64,000 nt of DNA from Chitinophaga pinensis (GTDB taxonomy: Bacteria > Bacteroidota > Bacteroidia > Chitinophagales > Chitinophagaceae). Below the pieces are notes generated by a model. That model had not been told where the DNA came from. It did not search any database and saw nothing but the letters and a program-made list of their open reading frames with translations. Below, piece after piece: positions 10,090 to 18,845 of this stretch. The stretch is taken from the NCBI GenBank assembly GCA_945876095.1, contig CAMCMP010000011.1, positions 44,448 to 108,447 of the forward strand, given 5' to 3'. The number at the start of each line of letters is the position of its first letter. The stretch's first letter is position 1. A program made the position numbers and the translations under genes.

Positions 10090-10144
10090 ATAATTAAATT
10101 TGGATTTTTAATTTACTAAAAAATAATTTTAATAAATGAAGACA

Positions 10145-10594
10145 TCAAGGATCTATTCTAATACATCCATCATGTCTAAATTCTATGGTATCAACTAAAA
10201 CCTCTGCACTACCTTTTGCACCCGAATCAAGATTAGAAGTGCTTAATGAAACTGGGTAGGCATTTAAAAAAGTCCAAACAACTTCAGGGACTCTATTATC
10301 TCCCCAAAGAGTTACTATGATTGGCTGGGGAACGAAAGTAAAAGTGAAGAGTGATGTTTTTATCCAAGTAATCATAGCGGAACCTCTAACCACTCCCCTT
10401 TTTGCAACAAGATTACCCCACTCAACTCCTGTTGGTAAAAAGATATCGGATGTATTGGAACCACCTTCTCTATATTTATCTCCATTTAGTTTAGAACTAA
10501 ACCCACTTATTTCCTGAAAACCACAGTCCACATTCTGCATGAACGGAGGGGCTATTAAAGAAAATCTATAATTTAATAATGGTTCACTACGCAT
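10145..10594 (-). CDS. phage-tail tube protein paralogue 2 (T4 gp19-like; Cis1b/Cis5-like)
   Basis: 149 aa. LLNYRFSL...CGFQEISGFSSKLNGDKYREGG is the tube-family motif f.v..g...F.evsGl..e.e..eyreGG. Confidence 0.85.
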   Translation of the reverse strand: MRSEPLLNYRFSLIAPPFMQNVDCGFQEISGFSSKLNGDKYREGGSNTSDIFLPTGVEWGNLVAKRGVVRGSAMITWIKTSLFTFTFVPQPIIVTLWGDNRVPEVVWTFLNAYPVSLSTSNLDSGAKGSAEVLVDTIEFRHDGCIRIDP

Positions 10595-10615
10595 TTAAAT
10601 TTTATTATAATTAAA

Positions 10616-10657
10616 AATAAGTTACCACTATAAATATTTATATAGTGGTAACTTATT
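10616..10657 (-). terminator. intercistronic hairpin / partial terminator between the two tube genes
   Basis: A perfect 17-bp inverted repeat, AATAAGTTACCACTATA (10616-10632) and TATAGTGGTAACTTATT (10641-10657), with an 8-nt loop. On the coding (minus) strand it is followed by TTTTTAATTATAAT. Confidence 0.55.
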
Positions 10658-10702
10658 AAATTTTTAAAAAACTATTGTTGTTAAATGAATTAACTGAAAC
10701 TA

Positions 10703-11161
10703 CTAACTAGAAACTTGCGCCATAGATTCGTACGCCATTTCTAAAGTTTCAATAGCTGATTCATTTGCATCAGCTTTCATATCACTAATAGTCATCTTAA
10801 CAGGGAATGCTTCGTTCAAAGTCCAAGTCATGATTGGATTTCCATCTTCATCAAGAAGTGAAATCAACACAACAGATCTTTTGAAAGTATTCATTTGTAT
10901 AAGACTGTAGTAATCCCAAAGATCATTGTCATTTTTGAAGTTACCTTTCTTAAATACAACGTTAGTGAACTTTTTGATACCAGGCATTTTTACTACGGAA
11001 TAAAGCGTGTTGTGACCAGCTCTATATTCAATTACTTGAGTTTCAGATGAAAGCCCAGTAACTTCCGAGAAAAGTAATTCCTTATCATCAATTTTTACTT
11101 GAAATTGAAATTTGACTAAGGGCCAGGTATTTTCCGATTGATTATCTCCTAATTCTGCCAT
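10703..11161 (-). CDS. phage-tail tube protein paralogue 1 (T4 gp19-like; Cis1-like)
   Basis: 152 aa. WPLVKFQFQVKIDDKELLFSEVTGLSSETQVIEYRAG is the tube-family motif. It lies directly after the sheath gene. Confidence 0.9.
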   Translation of the reverse strand: MAELGDNQSENTWPLVKFQFQVKIDDKELLFSEVTGLSSETQVIEYRAGHNTLYSVVKMPGIKKFTNVVFKKGNFKNDNDLWDYYSLIQMNTFKRSVVLISLLDEDGNPIMTWTLNEAFPVKMTISDMKADANESAIETLEMAYESMAQVSS

Positions 11162-11218
11162 AAAATTATTTTTTAAATGGTTTTTTAAATTTAATTAATA
11201 CTACTTAATAATATGAAA

Positions 11219-12718
11219 TTAAGCTTCTTGTTGTTTTTGTTGGAATGTTAATACGATGAATTCAGCAGGTCTTACGATAGCAAGTTTAACCTCAATTCTC
11301 ATAATACCATCCAAAATATCACTTGGAGTCATAGTAGAACCTAATCCAACTGAAACTGAATACGCTTGTTCAGGAGATGAACCGGCAAGTGCACCAGATT
11401 TCCATTGATTAAACAAAAAGTTGTTAATTGTTGCACTAATAGTAGACCAAGTACCACCGTCATTTGGTTCGAAAACATAAGTACGAGCAGCTAATTTTAA
11501 TGATTGCTCGATCATGATTAACGTTCTTCTAACGTTGATATAACGCCAATCTTGACTATTACCATCTAGAGTACGTGCACCCCATATTAAAGTTCCGATA
11601 CCTGGGAAAGGACGGATCACATTAATTGACTTACCACCCATCAAATCTACGTTCAAACTTTCTTGTTCGTCGTGAGAAATGTTGATAGCAGGAGCATTTA
11701 CTGCGTTCATTGAAACGTTAGCAGGAGCTTTAAATACACCTCTACTAGTATCAACTAAAGTATAAATACCAGCCATACCAGCTGAAGGAGGTAATAAATT
11801 TAATGAATTACGAATTTCACCTAAAAGGTTTACATAAGTACCACTACAAGCACTCAATGATTGATGATAACTCTTACGAGCTTCAGCATCTACTGAATCA
11901 GCAGGTAATGCTTTAAATTTCTTAACTACCTCTTGAGCATTTGCTTCTGGTAATAAAGTTTCTAGAGTAATTGAATCATCAATATTTTCAAAAGTAACTT
12001 CTGAAGCAGTTACAACACTTGTTTTAACCCAAGGGAAGTAAGCAGCACCATAGTTTAAAGAATTCAAACCAATTTGCTCTCTGAACTCAGTAACTGTTTC
12101 AGTAGTGGTATTAGTTGGAACATTAGCAATATCAAAAATACCAAATCTACTTTGAGTTTTTGCGCAATGCATTAAAACCTGTTGGTAAACAGGATAGCAA
12201 CTAGCACCTTTCAAAATAATGTCTGGAATAACAACCAATGTTGGTTCAAATTCTTTTTCCAAAATTTTGAATGGATTGGGCTTAGTATCACTTCCCAAAA
12301 AGTCGTCAAATGCAATATCAAAACCTTCTGGTTTATCCCAGTAAGTTCCAACAGAAAGAATGTAGCAAGAACTTCCTCCATTTGCATAGAAAAATCTTAA
12401 AGCTCTGTACAACAAAAATTCATTGTTGCTTTTAGCTTTTACAGTAACTTCCTTTCCATTTAAAGTAAATGAATCCTTGTCAGTAGCAGCAGCATCAGCA
12501 ACTACATACTTTGTAAGGAATCCACCTCCAAAAAGTTCAACATACTCAGCAAAAGAATTAACTTTTGTTGGCACGTGAGAAAGTGATTTACCGTTTCTTG
12601 TAGCTTTGGCAGTGTACCCGATAAATACAGGAACAGCTGTCTCAACTGCACCAGCAGAGCTAGGAAAAGCATTCTTCTCCTCGATGTAAACACCCGGTGT
12701 CATTAATTTTGTAGCCAT
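11219..12718 (-). CDS. contractile sheath protein (Cis2-like)
   Basis: 499 aa. It has the N-terminal TPGVYIEE sheath hallmark and the C-terminal INVIRPFPGIGTLIWGARTL...WRYINVRR block. Confidence 0.92.
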   Translation of the reverse strand: MATKLMTPGVYIEEKNAFPSSAGAVETAVPVFIGYTAKATRNGKSLSHVPTKVNSFAEYVELFGGGFLTKYVVADAAATDKDSFTLNGKEVTVKAKSNNEFLLYRALRFFYANGGSSCYILSVGTYWDKPEGFDIAFDDFLGSDTKPNPFKILEKEFEPTLVVIPDIILKGASCYPVYQQVLMHCAKTQSRFGIFDIANVPTNTTTETVTEFREQIGLNSLNYGAAYFPWVKTSVVTASEVTFENIDDSITLETLLPEANAQEVVKKFKALPADSVDAEARKSYHQSLSACSGTYVNLLGEIRNSLNLLPPSAGMAGIYTLVDTSRGVFKAPANVSMNAVNAPAINISHDEQESLNVDLMGGKSINVIRPFPGIGTLIWGARTLDGNSQDWRYINVRRTLIMIEQSLKLAARTYVFEPNDGGTWSTISATINNFLFNQWKSGALAGSSPEQAYSVSVGLGSTMTPSDILDGIMRIEVKLAIVRPAEFIVLTFQQKQQEA

Positions 12719-12902
12719 TTTTTTGTTTTTGATTTTTGTTAAATAAAGAATTTTTATTTATTTGGAAGACAATAATAATCAAAATATTAACATGAATAAC
12801 ATTTTGCACAAATAATTTTAAAAGAAATATTTTATCCCAAAAATTTTATTAAAATATTAAATAAAATTTTAATATTTTTTTTATTCATAATACCTAACAG
12901 TA

Positions 12903-13742
12903 TTAAATGAAAATTTCTAAAACTCGCTTTTGATTTTCCAATATATATTCCTTTCCTAGGTAACTAATTTGGTTTGTTTTGGGTACCGGTAAATTAGGCA
13001 TTATGACACGACCATTGCTCTCCCCCAGTTTGTATTGTTCCAATAACTGCCAATTCATTTCTGGATGTTCTTTATATTCAATAACAGTAGGTGAAGTAAA
13101 AGCAATAGCAGGGTTGCCATTGGGTAACACAATACTTTGAGGTCCATTAAAAAAAACAGATTTGTTTTTACTTGCTACTGCAAGTCCCTCGAACTCTAAC
13201 AAATGAGACTGGTAAATTACATAGCGCCAAAAAAGTGATGGTGAAAAAAACTGAATTTTAAAATCAGCAGGAATAGCTTCATCCGTCGTTATTTCAATGT
13301 GCCCAAAGGGCTTTGAGAAATAGGGTTGTTCTAAAGAAGAATTATTCTTTAGATCATTTTCTGTTACACAGGCCTGACTATGCATTAATCCTTTTTGCGC
13401 TGGTATAAAAGAAAATGGATATTTAAAATAAAACAAATTTTCTTCAATCACAGATGGCATATAATCTGTATAATTAAAAAAATTGGCGTCGTTTAAAGTT
13501 ATTTTAAAATTTAAAACCAAATTATCAGATAAGATTTCTTCCCTGGTTCTTATATTATCAGCAAAATGTTCGGCAAAGAAAATAGCAATTCCGTTGACTT
13601 CCCTTCTTAAAATCAAATCATAGTTCTTGAAAATATTTTCAGTCAATTGATCAGGTTTCAACTGAAAATTAGTAAAATTACCATTCGTAAAATACGAATG
13701 ATAAAAATTAATACGAAACAATAATTGATAAGTCGAATTCAT
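12903..13742 (-). CDS. hypothetical eCIS-operon protein (279 aa)
   Basis: ORF track. It sits between the cap and sheath genes on the same strand. I recognise no motif. Confidence 0.6.
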   Translation of the reverse strand: MNSTYQLLFRINFYHSYFTNGNFTNFQLKPDQLTENIFKNYDLILRREVNGIAIFFAEHFADNIRTREEILSDNLVLNFKITLNDANFFNYTDYMPSVIEENLFYFKYPFSFIPAQKGLMHSQACVTENDLKNNSSLEQPYFSKPFGHIEITTDEAIPADFKIQFFSPSLFWRYVIYQSHLLEFEGLAVASKNKSVFFNGPQSIVLPNGNPAIAFTSPTVIEYKEHPEMNWQLLEQYKLGESNGRVIMPNLPVPKTNQISYLGKEYILENQKRVLEIFI

Positions 13743-13799
13743 ATTGAAAATTAAATCCAGTTAATTTAAAAAGTAAATCAAATGAATATTTATATTAAA

Positions 13800-14987
13800 T
13801 TATATTTTATCTGGACCTTTGTTCAAATTTTTATTGGGGTCATTGTTTGGATTATTTTGAGTACCCTTATTAATATCTGCATCAGGTGCATTTATATTAG
13901 GCTGAGCTGGTTTATTAGGTAATCCAAAGGGAGAAAACGATGAACCCCTGTTACCTTTTAATGGATTCAATTTACTTAAAACATCATTGTCTTTGTTATC
14001 TTTATTGCCTCTGTTGTCTCGATCATCCTCATTGTCTGGTTCATCAGATTTTTCAATTTTTTCATTATCCTCTTTAACTTGATCTTTATCATCATCAATA
14101 TCAGCAGCAGGTTTACTCATAAAATCATTAGAAATATTTTCTCTTGGATTATTATTTCCAGTTGGGCTTTCAGGTAAATCCCTATTGTCTTCATTGTCAT
14201 CATCATCATCATTACTGCCTCCGCCGAATGCTCCACCTAAAATAACTGGTCTCTTTCCAGTAGTTTTTGGAGTTTCAGTAGGCGGTGGTGTACTTGGTGG
14301 CGGTGCAGTACTAGTATTTGCTGGTGGAGCTTCATCCTTAGTAGTAGGATTTTGGTTAGTAGTATCACCTCCTGTTCTAGGTGTATTAGCATCAGCAGGA
14401 TTAAAACCTGAATTGTTATTAGCCCCACCGCCATTTTGATTGGTTCTTCTTGATAATACAGCAGCGGAAGGTCTAAATTCTTTAAGAGAATTAGAATCTA
14501 GTGGTATCATTCGAATTTTATACAATGCAGAAGGCATGGTTTTAGCACCAATCGCACCCCATAAATGGCTAATCTGGTCTAAGGATAGAGATTCTAATTC
14601 AACTTGAACTTTGAGTCCACCACTACTGGTGCTCTTTAACAATCCACTTTCAGCAATATCAATAGAACTATTATCATTCAAATAGTTCATTGTGAAGTCT
14701 AAAAATTTAAGTGCCTCACTATAATTAGTATTCGAAAAATAACAAGAAAAAAGAACATAAAAATTGATATGAACACGTTGTTTTCCATCTTTTTTAAGTC
14801 CCACAGTTGTAGGCTCTTTCTCAACACTGATTAAAGTGATCAATACCTTATTTTCTTCCAACTGGGCCACAGAACCATCTTGATTTAAAATACCAGATAT
14901 GACAGCTTTATCCTCTAATGTTCGAAGCCTAGTTTTAAAAAATATATTTAAACCATCCGTGATGGTCTGTATTACTTCATAAATCAT
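13800..14987 (-). CDS. DUF4255 / Pvc16_N-like tail terminator (cap) protein with a long low-complexity C-terminal extension
   Basis: 395 aa. The first ~178 aa (MIYEVIQTITDGLNIFFKTRL...NKVLITLISVEKEP...HLWGAIGAK) fit the DUF4255 pattern and the usual first-gene position. Residues ~180-395 are N/D/P/K/G-rich with no hydrophobic core. Confidence 0.8.
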   Translation of the reverse strand: MIYEVIQTITDGLNIFFKTRLRTLEDKAVISGILNQDGSVAQLEENKVLITLISVEKEPTTVGLKKDGKQRVHINFYVLFSCYFSNTNYSEALKFLDFTMNYLNDNSSIDIAESGLLKSTSSGGLKVQVELESLSLDQISHLWGAIGAKTMPSALYKIRMIPLDSNSLKEFRPSAAVLSRRTNQNGGGANNNSGFNPADANTPRTGGDTTNQNPTTKDEAPPANTSTAPPPSTPPPTETPKTTGKRPVILGGAFGGGSNDDDDDNEDNRDLPESPTGNNNPRENISNDFMSKPAADIDDDKDQVKEDNEKIEKSDEPDNEDDRDNRGNKDNKDNDVLSKLNPLKGNRGSSFSPFGLPNKPAQPNINAPDADINKGTQNNPNNDPNKNLNKGPDKI

Positions 14988-15312
14988 ATCGCAAATAAAA
15001 GAAAGTATTTAAATAATAAATACATATTTTAAAACTGTATATTTATAAAAATAGTAGTTAAATTCTATAATTAATTGATTTACAATGATATAATATGATA
15101 TTGTAATTTAGAAATAATTTTATTTTATTTATTTTTTATTCAAAAAAAATGAAACTTGAAAATTATTGTTCATCTTTATAAATTATTTAAGAGTATAAAT
15201 AAGATTAAAAAATAAAATGAGCATTTAACTTATTTTAACTAATAATTTAATATATTAATTATTTTATTCTGAAATAATAATTTAAATGACATTATTCTAA
15301 AGTTGAAATACT

Positions 15313-17790
15313 ATGAACTGTTTGTTTATAAAGTTTTTAAAAAAAACATTGCTTTTATTTTTATGCATTCTTGTATATAATACTTCTATAGCTCAAGTAC
15401 CAAAATCTGTTACCAAAGAATCTGCTTCTGCCACCAAAGCAGCTGCAGACGCTCAAAAGCAATTGGTTGAAGATGCAGAAAAAATTAAAAAAAGTTTGGC
15501 TTTTAAAGTGGCTGATTTTTTTAAATTCAAATCGAATGTAAGAAAAAATCAAAAAAAACGTACACTAGATTTAATTGAATCTCTTGGAATTCAAGATTCT
15601 ATCAATGTATCAGCAGAGAATATAAAATTTTTAATTGATGCACTTTCAAAAGTTGAAAATCAACATTTTGATACCCTGTTAAGTTTAATTAATGGACTCA
15701 AATTAAAACCTGAAGCATCTGTTATTACTGATGCACCAGATAATCCTGTTAATTCTTCTAATAAACCTGTTACAGATTCTGAAATTGATGAATTAACCAA
15801 TAAGATGCTACCATTGGTTGCCAAAGAAGGTGCTCAACCAGTAGATGTAAAGGCTAAAAATGAAAAAGTAGCAGAACTTAAAAAAGTTCAAGAACAGTTA
15901 GGCACTATCCATGAAATTAAAGATTCTATCAAAGGAATAACTAAAAGATATACTCTCGTTACTTCCAATAAAGTAAAAGTTTTAGGGTTTTTAAATTACA
16001 ATAGTCAACCAGATCCAGATTATAATTATGACAATTTTGATAACGTTATTTTTAATGGACTATTTGTTGATGGTAAAACTGGTAATTTTAAAAATTTAAA
16101 CGGTTGGGACAATTCCCCTACCCTTTCATCGCTTACACAGTCTGGAGTTAATCCTATCGTAAATGTTATCTTCTCCAACAATGAAGATTTTTCATCTATA
16201 CTACTTAATAAATCTAATCAAGAATTATTTTTCAAGAACACATTGTACGTAATGAACCTCCATAATACCAATGGAGTTAGCTTACAAATAGATCAACCTG
16301 ATCCATTGTTGAAAAATGAATTATCAGAATTTATTCAAGCTTTCAGCTCTAAAATCAAAGCGGCTAATAAGGATTATCTTGTTTATTTAATTTTACCCAA
16401 TGCTAAGGTTAATGCACCTTTTGATTTAGCGAAATTTGATGAGTTTATTGATTTTTATATTTTAAATTTTTACAACCCGACAGAATTAAAAATTCCAGGG
16501 CCCATTGCTTCTATCAAAGGAAAGGATTTGAGTAGTATTGAATCTACTTTTTCCTATTATTCCAATATGAATGTACTGCCAGGCAAATTTATTCTTGGTT
16601 TAGGATATCAAGGAACCCGATGGAGTTATTCAGCCTCTTCAAGAAGTTTTAAGTTTTCACAACAATTAACCTATTCAGAAATTAGAAAAAATTATCTATG
16701 GCCAGTTATCTATGATGATGAGAAAGGAACGGTTACAATGGATAGTGTTAATAAAAAAGGTTTGTTGGAAAGAAGAATATATTTTGAAGATGAAAATTCA
16801 TTAGCTAAAAAATACGACTTCGTTTTAGACAATGCCTTAGGGGGTGTAGCCTTATACTCTGTTGGATTTGATGAAGGGTATGGAGAATTGAATGACATGA
16901 TTTTTTACAAATTTGGTAAGATAGACACCATTGCTTTAGAAAATTCTGTAACTACAAAAACTGATTTATCAAAAATTTCTTTTTTTAAATCAGTAGCTTT
17001 AAAATATAGTTTATATTCATTCATCTTAAATGAACCTTGTGAAGTTTGTTTCGAAAATATTAATGATACTAATAAAATAAAATCTTCTTTAAACTTAGCT
17101 ATTCAACTTCTTGGATATGACACTACAGCAAGAAAAAAGGGTGTCGCCACCTTTACAATTGCCAACGAAAGTTTAAATATAAATGTAAAAGGCTTACTTT
17201 TTTTAGTAGTTTTAATAGCTGGTTTACTTTCTTTTTTACTTTTTCTTAGAACAAAAAATCAGGAAGCAACCAATAGAGGTAAATATCATAAAATACTTCC
17301 AGCTTCTGTGATCTTTACTTGGTATTGGGTTTTTGTTTTACTTCTAGTAGTATTATTTACTAGTGATTCGGTACCTTGGTTTGGTCAGAGTAATCAATTA
17401 AATAGTTCAGCAAATGCTAAGGATAGCACTAAAAAAAATATGACCATAGGATCACTTTATCAAAAAGCATCTACTCAAAAACGCAAAACGCAAAGTGCTA
17501 TAAATAAAGCAAAAAATTTACCACGCTCAGCACAAAGAATTTTAACCAGAAGACTTCTTTATGGTTCTAAATCTTCTCCTACCCAAGAGGCTGATACCAA
17601 TCAAGAATTATCATCCGAAGATTCATTAAATATTCAAGCTGATGAACTTTGTAAAAAAACTAGTTCTACTGTATGTATTAATATGCCATTTAAAACTTTA
17701 TGGGCTATCATAACATTTGGAATGTTTATTGGCGGAATTCTTGGATGGTTAATTATTAAAAACTTGTTAAATAAGGTGGATGTTCCATAA
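15313..17790 (+). CDS. membrane-anchored GH18-like (chitinase-fold) protein with a degenerate catalytic motif
   Basis: 825 aa. There is a signal-like N-terminus (LLLFLCILVYNTSIAQ). GH18 strand motifs are recognisable (DFYILNFYN, KFILGLGYQGTRW, GGVALYSVGFDEG). The DGxDxDxE position reads NGVSLQID. There are three C-terminal hydrophobic helices (GLLFLVVLIAGLLSFLLFL, VIFTWYWVFVLLLVVLF, LWAIITFGMFIGGILGWLII). Confidence 0.6.
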   Translation: MNCLFIKFLKKTLLLFLCILVYNTSIAQVPKSVTKESASATKAAADAQKQLVEDAEKIKKSLAFKVADFFKFKSNVRKNQKKRTLDLIESLGIQDSINVSAENIKFLIDALSKVENQHFDTLLSLINGLKLKPEASVITDAPDNPVNSSNKPVTDSEIDELTNKMLPLVAKEGAQPVDVKAKNEKVAELKKVQEQLGTIHEIKDSIKGITKRYTLVTSNKVKVLGFLNYNSQPDPDYNYDNFDNVIFNGLFVDGKTGNFKNLNGWDNSPTLSSLTQSGVNPIVNVIFSNNEDFSSILLNKSNQELFFKNTLYVMNLHNTNGVSLQIDQPDPLLKNELSEFIQAFSSKIKAANKDYLVYLILPNAKVNAPFDLAKFDEFIDFYILNFYNPTELKIPGPIASIKGKDLSSIESTFSYYSNMNVLPGKFILGLGYQGTRWSYSASSRSFKFSQQLTYSEIRKNYLWPVIYDDEKGTVTMDSVNKKGLLERRIYFEDENSLAKKYDFVLDNALGGVALYSVGFDEGYGELNDMIFYKFGKIDTIALENSVTTKTDLSKISFFKSVALKYSLYSFILNEPCEVCFENINDTNKIKSSLNLAIQLLGYDTTARKKGVATFTIANESLNINVKGLLFLVVLIAGLLSFLLFLRTKNQEATNRGKYHKILPASVIFTWYWVFVLLLVVLFTSDSVPWFGQSNQLNSSANAKDSTKKNMTIGSLYQKASTQKRKTQSAINKAKNLPRSAQRILTRRLLYGSKSSPTQEADTNQELSSEDSLNIQADELCKKTSSTVCINMPFKTLWAIITFGMFIGGILGWLIIKNLLNKVDVP

Positions 17791-17814
17791 GAATCATTTC
17801 TACATATTTTTATT

Positions 17815-18423
17815 ATGTCTTTGTTAGATACTGCCTCTATATTTAAATATCATAATAATCTCACTCGTCAATTTGAAAAGGGAGATGTTAGAAGACTAGG
17901 TTGGATTAATACAGAGACACAGCAACTTCGCTTTTCTACACTCAGTAAAATAGCTGATTTTGATAACTGTTCTGTTTTAGATGCAGGCTGCGGCTATGCT
18001 GATTTGTGTGGATATTTAAAAAACATTTACCCTACCTGCAGATATTATGGTATCGAACAAATTCCTGATTTTATTCTAAAGGCATTAAACGATTATGGGA
18101 ATATGCCAGACGTGGTATTTTTTCAGGGGGATATTGAAACGGCTTCCTTACCAATTTTAGACTATACCCTAGCCTCTGGATTGATGAATTACAAAAACAG
18201 TAACCCATTGTATATTTTTGAAATGATACAAAAGCTTTTTGTAGGTTGCAGGCTAGGACTGGCTTTTAATTTACTTTCGAAAGAGCCTGAAAATAATTCT
18301 TTGGTAAATTCTTACGATAAAAATATGATCTTTTCTTTTTGTAAAACCCTTAGCCCCCATTGCGTTTTGCACGATGATTATTTAGAGAATGATTATACAA
18401 TTTTTATGTATCATAGACCATAA
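17815..18423 (+). CDS. small class-I SAM-dependent methyltransferase
   Basis: 202 aa. SAM-binding motif I is VLDAGCGYADLCGYL, followed by an acidic post-I residue (YYGIEQ). Confidence 0.75.
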   Translation: MSLLDTASIFKYHNNLTRQFEKGDVRRLGWINTETQQLRFSTLSKIADFDNCSVLDAGCGYADLCGYLKNIYPTCRYYGIEQIPDFILKALNDYGNMPDVVFFQGDIETASLPILDYTLASGLMNYKNSNPLYIFEMIQKLFVGCRLGLAFNLLSKEPENNSLVNSYDKNMIFSFCKTLSPHCVLHDDYLENDYTIFMYHRP

Positions 18424-18467
18424 ACTCAATTGATTTTTTATGGTATTTTTTATTCCAATATATTAAC

Positions 18468-18559
18468 ATCTTTTCCTTTTGTAAAACGCTTAGCCCCCAC
18501 TGCGTTTTACACGATGATTATTTAGAGAATGATTATACAATTTTATGTATCATAGATAA
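18468..18559 (+). pseudogene. tandem partial duplicate of the methyltransferase 3' end
   Basis: 18468-18559 repeats 18328-18423 (atcttttc.tttttgtaaaac..ttagccccca.tgcgtttt.cacgatgattatttagagaatgattatacaa...) with a few substitutions and a 1-nt deletion. No start codon is present. Confidence 0.8.
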
Positions 18560-18845
18560 AAAATCATTTGATTTTATTATGCGTTTACATTTGTTTTTTT
18601 ATCTTGAATTAAATAATATATTCAGGTATTGTTTAAATTATTAGTATTAATATGATTTAATTGCTAAACATTATAGATAGTATCTTACCTTTTTCCTCTT
18701 TCATTTTTTTTACTATTTTTTTAAATTTTTATTGGAAATATTAATTTCTTTTTTATTAAAAAATTTAATCTGAAAAATATTGATTTTTAAATTTTCTGTT
18801 TTAATTTACAAACTTTATTAATCCTCTTCCTTTTTTAAAATATAT

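Noticed and set aside
10317-10517. 66-aa plus-strand ORF
   Set aside because: It is antisense inside tube paralogue 2, which carries the family motif.
12182-12693. 72-aa plus-strand and 63-aa minus-strand ORFs inside the sheath gene
   Set aside because: They are alternative-frame or antisense artefacts. The sheath frame has clear family signatures.
14185-14439. 84-aa plus-strand ORF and 65-aa minus-strand ORF within the cap-tail region
   Set aside because: They are by-products of the low-complexity, repeat-like coding sequence of the DUF4255 tail. The long frame is continuous with the folded N-domain.
1-14987. Prophage tail module or canonical/Bacteroidetes-type T6SS
   Set aside because: The window has no capsid, portal, terminase, integrase or holin genes. 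The sheath is a single 499-aa protein rather than a TssB/TssC pair. There is no ClpV, TssK or membrane-complex gene. The DUF4255 cap, LysM-tube protein and DUF4157 cargo genes are hallmarks of eCIS-type loci.
14988-15312. Explicit promoter calls for the CIS operon and the GH18-like gene
   Set aside because: I scanned both strands for TAnnTTTG -7 boxes and found no exact match. The region is almost pure A/T, so any call would be guesswork.
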